4,504 nt of DNA, from positions 1 through 4,504 of the IMG/VR virus record IMGVR_UViG_2778261570_000002; one strand, given 5' to 3'. This document shows, in pieces, positions 1-4,504 of this stretch. A program made the position numbers and the translations under genes. Under the pieces are notes generated by a model. It made no database searches, had not been told where the DNA came from, and was given only the letters and a program-made list of their open reading frames with translations. How positions within the stretch are numbered: the stretch's first letter is position 1; every line of letters begins with the position of its first letter. The stretch comes from a virus (taxonomy: Duplodnaviria; Heunggongvirae; Uroviricota; Caudoviricetes).

Positions 1-107
1 CCGTTGCCGGAGCGCCCTTGCGAACAATTAACCTACTGCGCAAAAAATGAATCTGTGCGGGGGAATTATATCAACCGCGTGGAGAAGCGCCACAATTGCC
101 GAATAAC

Positions 108-140
108 AGGCAAAACAAAGGCCACCCGCTACGGTGGCCC
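108..140 (-). terminator. Putative Rho-independent terminator ending the leftward small-gene operon
   Basis: GC-rich 7-bp stem ggccacc (120-126) / ggtggcc (133-139) with a 6-nt loop. On the minus strand the hairpin is followed by a T-rich tract (complement of aacaaaacaaag, 108-119). It lies about 80 bp downstream of the stop of the 219..392 gene. Confidence 0.4.
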
Positions 141-218
141 TTCAACACAAGCTACACGTTATCCCCAACGCATGAGCATTACCGACAATGCCACATTTGC
201 GGCTGGTGGGCAATGTGA

Positions 219-392
219 TCAGTCAGATTTGGTTCGTTCCAAGGTTTGCAACGAGAGCTTTTTCCTGTGCTCTTTAAGGAATTGCTCAAGGGCAAAAGCA
301 CATGGCGCGAATCTTTCTGATTCATGCTCTATCTTTCTGCGCCGTCTTTTCCGTGTCGGTGATAATGTTTTGGTCAATTCTTTATCGGTCAT
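219..392 (-). CDS. Small, strongly basic hypothetical protein (57 aa from the second ATG; an alternative start at 407 gives 62 aa)
   Basis: Six-frame track ORF 219..407 (-). The internal ATG at 390-392 has an AGGA motif about 8 nt upstream. It sits 57 nt downstream of the 450..755 gene on the same strand. It contains a KRRRRK run suggesting nucleic-acid binding. No family recognised. Confidence 0.4.
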   Translation of the reverse strand: MTDKELTKTLSPTRKRRRRKIEHESERFAPCAFALEQFLKEHRKKLSLQTLERTKSD

Positions 393-449
393 TGTGTTGT
401 CCTGCATAGCAATGCGCCGTAATACCTTACACCACGGCGCTGGTGATGG

Positions 450-755
450 TTATTCCTGCTCTTTGGCCTTGCGACGCTGGAGTTCTTCACGTGCGACGGT
501 GACGAGCTGCCCGATCTCCTCGACAGCTTTGACTCCGATTTTTTCCACCTGCGCCAGCGCATCGAGCGAAGAAACCAGGGGATTTTCTCCGCTTCCTTCT
601 GCCTGGCGGCGGGCGATCTCACCGCGTACAGCCGTAACTATAAAATTCGCTTTAGTTTCCCATGGCTGTAGGGATGCCTCAATGCCACTCACTACTTCAT
701 GTGGAAATCTGGCATTCAGTTGCTGTGATTTATTGTTAACAGAACTCGTGGACAT
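450..755 (-). CDS. Hypothetical protein, 101 aa; first gene of the leftward unit, candidate regulator by position only
   Basis: ATG at 753-755 (minus strand) is preceded by a strong Shine-Dalgarno GGAGGTG (complement of 761-767) with a 6-nt spacer; stop at 450-452. The 180-aa track ORF (450..992) extends upstream through the operator-like repeats with a hydrophobic, low-complexity N-terminus and no RBS, so the shorter start is preferred. Confidence 0.6.
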   Translation of the reverse strand: MSTSSVNNKSQQLNARFPHEVVSGIEASLQPWETKANFIVTAVRGEIARRQAEGSGENPLVSSLDALAQVEKIGVKAVEEIGQLVTVAREELQRRKAKEQE

Positions 756-797
756 GTTTGCACCTCCGATTAATAACGGGATGCAGTGTAATACAAA

Positions 798-853
798 AGT
801 GAATACCAAAAAAGACTTGAAATGGTATTCACCAAAATGTAATCTGAATACCA
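798..853. promoter_or_regulatory. Operator-like repeats in the divergent control region (iteron-like half-sites)
   Basis: gtgaatacca (799-808) and its exact reverse complement tggtattcac (823-832) form a 10-bp inverted repeat with a 14-bp spacer, and a third copy tgaatacca lies at 845-853. The core tattcacc (826-833) is one mismatch from the iteron TGTTCACC. The repeats lie 45-100 bp upstream of the 755 start codon. Confidence 0.4.
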
Positions 854-1144
854 CAAGGGCTGATACATGCAATTCAGCAATTGAAACGACGAAGCCCCGC
901 ACTGTTGGAGCAGTAACGGGGCTTCTAACCAAACCGTTAACTGGAGTAACGATTATGGCTGTAAGACAGCATACCCCACGACTTGCGCACACACAAACGG
1001 TCTTTGTGTGGCGTTTTCTGGCACTAAGTGCCGGAGAATCTCAAATCGTCCACGTAACCGCCTGGACGGAACGCGAAGCGCGTAACCGTTGCCCGTCCGG
1101 TTGTGTCGCTGTATTCGCCGCCCGTATTCGTCAGGGGGTGCGCC

Positions 1145-1405
1145 ATGTGCAATAAAAACACGCCGGACGCAGCCGCCGAAGCCATCAAAACGCTAATGCA
1201 CGCGCTGATTGATATTTCATGCACGGCAGCAACCGCAGAAAAACACATTACCAGAGAGCCGGAGTATACAGGGGCAATAATCCCCCATTCGCTGGCCTAC
1301 GCACAGCTTACCGCTGATATGGCACTGAATGAGGCTAAAGCCATCCTGATTGCTGATTGTGAAAATGGGGGGGGGTTATGCGTGATGATCGTTTTAATGC
1401 CCTGA
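1145..1405 (+). CDS. Hypothetical small protein (86 aa), first ORF of the rightward replication operon
   Basis: ATG at 1145 is preceded by AGGGGGTG (1132-1139), a good SD with 5-nt spacing. The ORF ends at TGA 1403-1405 and its 3' end runs through a G9 tract. No family recognised. Confidence 0.45.
   Translation: MCNKNTPDAAAEAIKTLMHALIDISCTAATAEKHITREPEYTGAIIPHSLAYAQLTADMALNEAKAILIADCENGGGLCVMIVLMP
1367..1375. repeat. Homopolymeric G9 tract at the junction of two overlapping small ORFs
   Basis: Nine consecutive G read directly at 1367-1375. The tract encodes GGG in the 1145 frame and serves as the SD region for the ATG at 1378. Confidence 0.9.
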
Positions 1406-1611
1406 AACAGGAATTTGATGGCGCACCGGATGATACAGGCGATGCGTTGCTGGCTGTTAATGACCTGATAAAGGCCGCATGTTTTTTAATTGGAACCGCT
1501 GAACATTCAGGAACCGGCAACGATATTCTTATTATTGCGTCGGATTATGCTGAATATGTGGCAGAGGCGCGTTACAGAAGAAAATTACCGGAGGATGTAA
1601 GCCATGCATAA
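1378..1611 (+). CDS. Hypothetical small protein (77 aa)
   Basis: ATG at 1378 lies 2 nt after the G9 tract, which can act as SD. It overlaps the preceding ORF by 28 nt in a different frame. Stop TAA at 1609-1611. No family recognised. Confidence 0.45.
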   Translation: MRDDRFNALKQEFDGAPDDTGDALLAVNDLIKAACFLIGTAEHSGTGNDILIIASDYAEYVAEARYRRKLPEDVSHA

Positions 1612-1756
1612 TCATGAAGCACACTTACCTGTAGTGCTGAATGTACCGTCAGATTATACGGGGCGCGTTTTGATATTCCTGGATAAAGGGAAAGTGAAAT
1701 CACAATGCCGCCTTAGAAATAATGAGGTTGTTGGTTCTCTGGCTTTTTTTTTCTGA
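1604..1756 (+). CDS. Possible small ORF (50 aa) not in the supplied track
   Basis: ATG at 1604 has a strong SD GGAGGA (1590-1595) with 8-nt spacing. The start overlaps the stop of the 1378..1611 ORF. The ORF ends at TGA 1754-1756 after a T9 run that encodes FFF. Confidence 0.25.
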   Translation: MHNHEAHLPVVLNVPSDYTGRVLIFLDKGKVKSQCRLRNNEVVGSLAFFF

Positions 1757-1809
1757 AGCCTGTATTCGTGCCGGAATAAAACCGGAATCACTGACAGGAA
1801 AATAAAACC

Positions 1810-2124
1810 ATGAAAAAGAAAAATTCTGGCTTTACTGCCAGCGGCCCCGCTCGGCCTGAAATCCGCCCCGACGATATTTTCAAAGATAAATACGGCGGAC
1901 GAATAACGATAAAAACCGTCGATGATTTTCGCGTGACTTATATCCGCGAAGGTTATGCGCATCCCTGCGTGTCGTCACATATGCGTTTTGAGAGTGAATT
2001 CACCCTGGTAAGCAAAGCACCACCAGCGAACTTAAGCGACATCGACAGAATCATGCGCGTTACAGGTATGGAACGCATTAAGGCAGTACGTGAAATTATT
2101 CGTGAGCGGGGAAAGGCAAAATGA
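1810..2124 (+). CDS. Hypothetical protein (104 aa), translationally coupled to the helicase gene
   Basis: ATG at 1810 has AGGA about 10 nt upstream. Its stop TGA (2122-2124) overlaps the ATG (2121-2123) of the next gene as ATGA. No family recognised. Confidence 0.5.
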   Translation: MKKKNSGFTASGPARPEIRPDDIFKDKYGGRITIKTVDDFRVTYIREGYAHPCVSSHMRFESEFTLVSKAPPANLSDIDRIMRVTGMERIKAVREIIRERGKAK

Positions 2125-3926
2125 AACTGGCACCGAACTTAAAAAAACAGCCACACGACAAAATGACCGAAGTCATTATTTTTGCGGGTAGTGATGCCTG
2201 GGCGCACGCGAAACAATGGCAGGAGCAGGACGGGCGACTTGCCGGCGACAATGTTCCGCCTGTATGGCTTGGAGACAGCCAGCTTGACGAACTGGCAGAC
2301 CTGAAAATTATCGACGATGGTCGCTATTGTGTCCGGCTGTACAAGGCAGGCCACATCAAGCCATCAAATATTAATGCCATCGGGCAAAAGCTGGCGGCGG
2401 CAGGTGTACGGGATGCGAATTATTACCCTGAGGGGATGCACAGCCAGAAGCGGGAGAACTGGCACGAATATCTGGAGCGTGAGCGCCAGAATCTTTCTGA
2501 TGGTCTGGTTATTCAGCTTCCTGTTAAGAAAAAAACAGAAGACAGCGCCGCACCACTGGCGCTTAACCAGATGGGAGCAAGCCAGCGCGGCGAAGTTCTC
2601 CTGGCACGTTATGGCGGTGAACTGGCAATTAATGCGGACTCTGACACCGTTCACCACTACAACGGCGTTGTATGGGAGCCGGTACAGGATAAAGAGTTAC
2701 AGCGGGCTATGGCGCAGATTTTTATTGATGCGGAGATCAGTTATTCGCAGAACGCCATCAAATCGGCGGTCGATACAATGAAGTTAAGTTTGCCCGTAAT
2801 GGGGAATACCGCCCGTAACCTGATTGGATTCAGTAACGGTGTTTTTGATACCCGGACAGGCGATTTTCGGGAGCATGACAAAAACGACTGGCTGTTAATT
2901 GCCAGTGAATTACCGTTCAGCCCGCCAGCAGAGGGGGAAACGCTGGCAACGCATGCGCCGAATTTCTGGAAATGGTTGCGCCGTTCGGTGGCTGAGAATG
3001 ACCGTAAAGCGGATCGCGTACTGGCGGCGTTATTCATGGTGCTGGCGAACCGATACGACTGGCAGTTATTTCTTGAGGTAACGGGGCCGGGTGGAAGCGG
3101 TAAAAGCGTAATGGCGGAGATTTGCACCATGCTGGCGGGTAAGGCCAACACGGTATCGGCAAGCATGAAGGCGCTGGAAGATGCCAGGGAACGCGCGTTA
3201 GTGGTTGGATTTTCGCTGATTATCATGCCGGATATGACCCGCTACGCTGGTGATGGCGCAGGAATTAAGGCCATTACAGGCGGTGACAAGGTGGCAATCG
3301 ACCCGAAGCATAAAGCCCCCTACTCAACACGCATTCAGGCGGTCGTGCTGGCGGTGAACAATAACGCCATGTCATTCAGTGACCGCAGCGGGGGGATCTC
3401 ACGTCGTCGGGTGATATTCAATTTTTCGGAGGTTGTACCGGAAAACGAACGCGACCCCATGCTGGCAGAAAAAATAGAAGGAGAGCTGGCGGTTGTGATT
3501 CGCCACCTGCTTACTCGTTTTTCTGACCAGGACGAAGCTAAACGCCTGCTGTATGAGCAGCAGAAATCAGAAGAAGCACTGGTGATAAAACGCGAGGGCG
3601 ATTCGCTGGTGGACTTCTGCGGCTATCTCATGTCGTCGGTAATGTGTGATGGTCTGTTAGTGGGTAATGCCGAAATTATTCCGTTCAGTCCGCGCAGGTA
3701 TCTTTATCACGCCTATCTGGCATATATGAGGGCACACGGATTCGGTAAACCTGTAACACTGACGCGCTTCGGTAAAGATATGCCGGGGGCAATGGCGGAA
3801 TATGGCAGGGAGTATATGAAACGGAAAACGAAGCACGGTTTGCGTTCAAATGTGACCCTTACAGAGGATTCAGAAGACTGGATGCCATCATGTGCATCGG
3901 TCACAAATGACGATGGAAAAAATTAA
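2121..3926 (+). CDS. Replication protein: SF3 (D5/P4-alpha-type) helicase with a probable C-terminal origin-binding region (601 aa)
   Basis: Longest ORF in the window. Walker A GPGGSGKS at aa 322-329 (nt 3084-3107). Walker B-like hydrophobic stretch ending in Asp, LIIMPD, at aa 366-371. SF3 motif C with Asn, VLAVNNN, at aa 409-415. A cluster of P4-type iterons lies immediately downstream. SD-like GGGGAAAGG upstream of the ATG. Confidence 0.88.
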   Translation: MKLAPNLKKQPHDKMTEVIIFAGSDAWAHAKQWQEQDGRLAGDNVPPVWLGDSQLDELADLKIIDDGRYCVRLYKAGHIKPSNINAIGQKLAAAGVRDANYYPEGMHSQKRENWHEYLERERQNLSDGLVIQLPVKKKTEDSAAPLALNQMGASQRGEVLLARYGGELAINADSDTVHHYNGVVWEPVQDKELQRAMAQIFIDAEISYSQNAIKSAVDTMKLSLPVMGNTARNLIGFSNGVFDTRTGDFREHDKNDWLLIASELPFSPPAEGETLATHAPNFWKWLRRSVAENDRKADRVLAALFMVLANRYDWQLFLEVTGPGGSGKSVMAEICTMLAGKANTVSASMKALEDARERALVVGFSLIIMPDMTRYAGDGAGIKAITGGDKVAIDPKHKAPYSTRIQAVVLAVNNNAMSFSDRSGGISRRRVIFNFSEVVPENERDPMLAEKIEGELAVVIRHLLTRFSDQDEAKRLLYEQQKSEEALVIKREGDSLVDFCGYLMSSVMCDGLLVGNAEIIPFSPRRYLYHAYLAYMRAHGFGKPVTLTRFGKDMPGAMAEYGREYMKRKTKHGLRSNVTLTEDSEDWMPSCASVTNDDGKN

Positions 3927-3937
3927 ACTTATGGAAT

Positions 3938-4168
3938 AACTGTTCACCACTGTTCACCCTATCATAAATGTCTTTTATATCAGTACATTATAGGGTGAAC
4001 AGTTATTTATGAACTGTTCACCAAACTATTCACTGTTCACCTTTTTGATTGTTTATTGAGCTTAAGGGTGAACAGTGGTGAACAGTTGGTGAATAGTTTT
4101 TGTGAAACTGTTCACCCCTTAACATCATGAATAAAAAGGGAAAATCTCAAAAGGTGAACAGGTGAAGG
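3938..4168. repeat. Iteron cluster, putative origin of replication (P4 ori/crr-like)
   Basis: Nine perfect copies of TGTTCACC: on the + strand at 3941, 3951, 4015, 4034 and 4109, and as GGTGAACA at 3994, 4067, 4077 and 4153. At least three one-mismatch copies at 4027, 4088 and 4161. AT-rich spacers at 3959-3992, 4120-4150 and 4169-4200. It is directly 3' of the helicase gene. Confidence 0.7.
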
Positions 4169-4212
4169 GTTAAAATGCAAAAATTTTATTTTATTGCTGT
4201 GAGGTAAAGCCC

Positions 4213-4458
4213 GTGACAACGAAGCACGCAAAAAAACCACAATCTCACGCCCTTGATTTGACAGAACACTGGCTGAGAGTGGCGATAAAAATCATCGATC
4301 GCAACGCGGGAGAAGGATACGCGAAAGCACATCCTGAACTGATAAGCGCATTCATGACAACGGCGGCGGCAAACTTTGCCACGCTGACAGAACGAGAGAT
4401 TGCCGAAGCGGAACAGGTGACAACCATCAACGTTAAACCCGGAGAGCAGACAGCATGA
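4213..4458 (+). CDS. Hypothetical protein (81 aa), first gene of the operon downstream of the origin
   Basis: GTG start at 4213 with SD GAGG (4201-4204) and 8-nt spacing. Its stop TGA (4456-4458) overlaps the ATG (4455) of the following gene. No family recognised. Confidence 0.5.
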   Translation: MTTKHAKKPQSHALDLTEHWLRVAIKIIDRNAGEGYAKAHPELISAFMTTAAANFATLTEREIAEAEQVTTINVKPGEQTA

Positions 4459-4504
4459 CAGCACAGATAGCGGCTTACGGGCGGCTGGTGGCTGACCCGC
4501 AGTT
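4455..4504 (+). CDS. 5' end of a gene running off the window (16 codons visible); SSB-like N-terminal motif, tentative
   Basis: ATG at 4455 with SD GGAGAG (4441-4446) and 8-nt spacing; ATGA overlap with the upstream stop. The visible peptide MTAQIAAYGRLVADPQ resembles the hhhhG(N/R)LxxDP(E/Q) start of OB-fold single-stranded DNA-binding proteins. Only 48 nt are available. Confidence 0.35.
   Translation, partial: MTAQIAAYGRLVADPQ

Noticed and set aside
756-992. N-terminal extension of the minus-strand ORF (180-aa version, 450..992)
   Set aside because: The extension is hydrophobic and low complexity, overlaps the operator-like repeats, and lacks an RBS. The internal ATG at 755 has a textbook GGAGGTG SD.
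4-1155. 383-aa + strand ORF spanning the start of the window through the control region
   Set aside because: It begins with TTG and has no RBS. It runs antisense through two minus-strand genes that have good RBSs, and through the repeat- and hairpin-rich intergenic region. Its composition is Ser/Cys/Arg-rich and low complexity. Most likely a chance open frame.
1735-1760. T9 run as an intrinsic terminator for the upstream small ORFs
   Set aside because: No convincing GC-rich hairpin immediately precedes the T tract, and downstream genes appear to be co-transcribed.
1024-1962. Minus-strand ORFs 1024..1248, 1335..1520 and 1654..1962
   Set aside because: They are antisense to the + strand small ORFs, which have SD sequences and coupled starts. 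No RBS was seen, and they would place genes across the leader and promoter region.
1930-1975. EGYAH in the 104-aa ORF, resembling the EGYATA primase motif of P4 alpha
   Set aside because: It is a five-residue match in a 104-aa protein that is too short to be a primase domain. Treated as coincidence pending an HMM search.
3353-3360. Single GGTGAACA octamer inside the helicase coding sequence
   Set aside because: It is an isolated copy overlapping the conserved VLAVNNN codons, most simply explained by coding constraint or chance rather than a functional iteron.
2139-3904. Several ORFs inside the helicase gene: minus strand 2139..2354, 2364..2657, 2741..3226, 3713..3904 and plus strand 2317..2781, 2899..3081
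   Set aside because: All are embedded in, antisense to or out of frame with the 601-aa helicase ORF, which carries clear conserved motifs. No independent start signals were noted.
3938-4168. Possible CRISPR array suggested by the short repeated motif
   Set aside because: The repeat unit is only 8 bp, occurs in both orientations with irregular spacing, and has no uniform spacers. This fits iterons, not CRISPR repeats.
4186-4464. Minus-strand ORFs 4186..4464 and 4245..4430
   Set aside because: They are antisense to the 4213..4458 + strand ORF, which has an SD and an ATGA-coupled downstream gene. The Cys/Arg-rich composition is typical of antisense shadow ORFs.

Overview
This window looks like the replication module of a P4-type satellite phage or phage-inducible chromosomal island from an enterobacterium; all calls are by eye from the sequence, with no database search. 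A 390-bp structured control region (756-1144) separates a leftward pair of small genes (755->450 and 392->219, ending at a probable intrinsic terminator near 108-140) from a rightward operon. That operon is a chain of small overlapping ORFs (1145-2124) feeding into a 601-aa SF3 (D5/P4-alpha-type) helicase gene (2121-3926). Immediately downstream (3938-4168) is a dense cluster of the octamer TGTTCACC in both orientations with AT-rich spacers. This is the P4 type I iteron, so the cluster is a probable origin of replication (ori/crr-like). A second rightward operon starts at 4213 and runs off the window. No rRNA, tRNA, CRISPR array or IS element was seen. None of the small ORFs could be assigned to a protein family from sequence alone.
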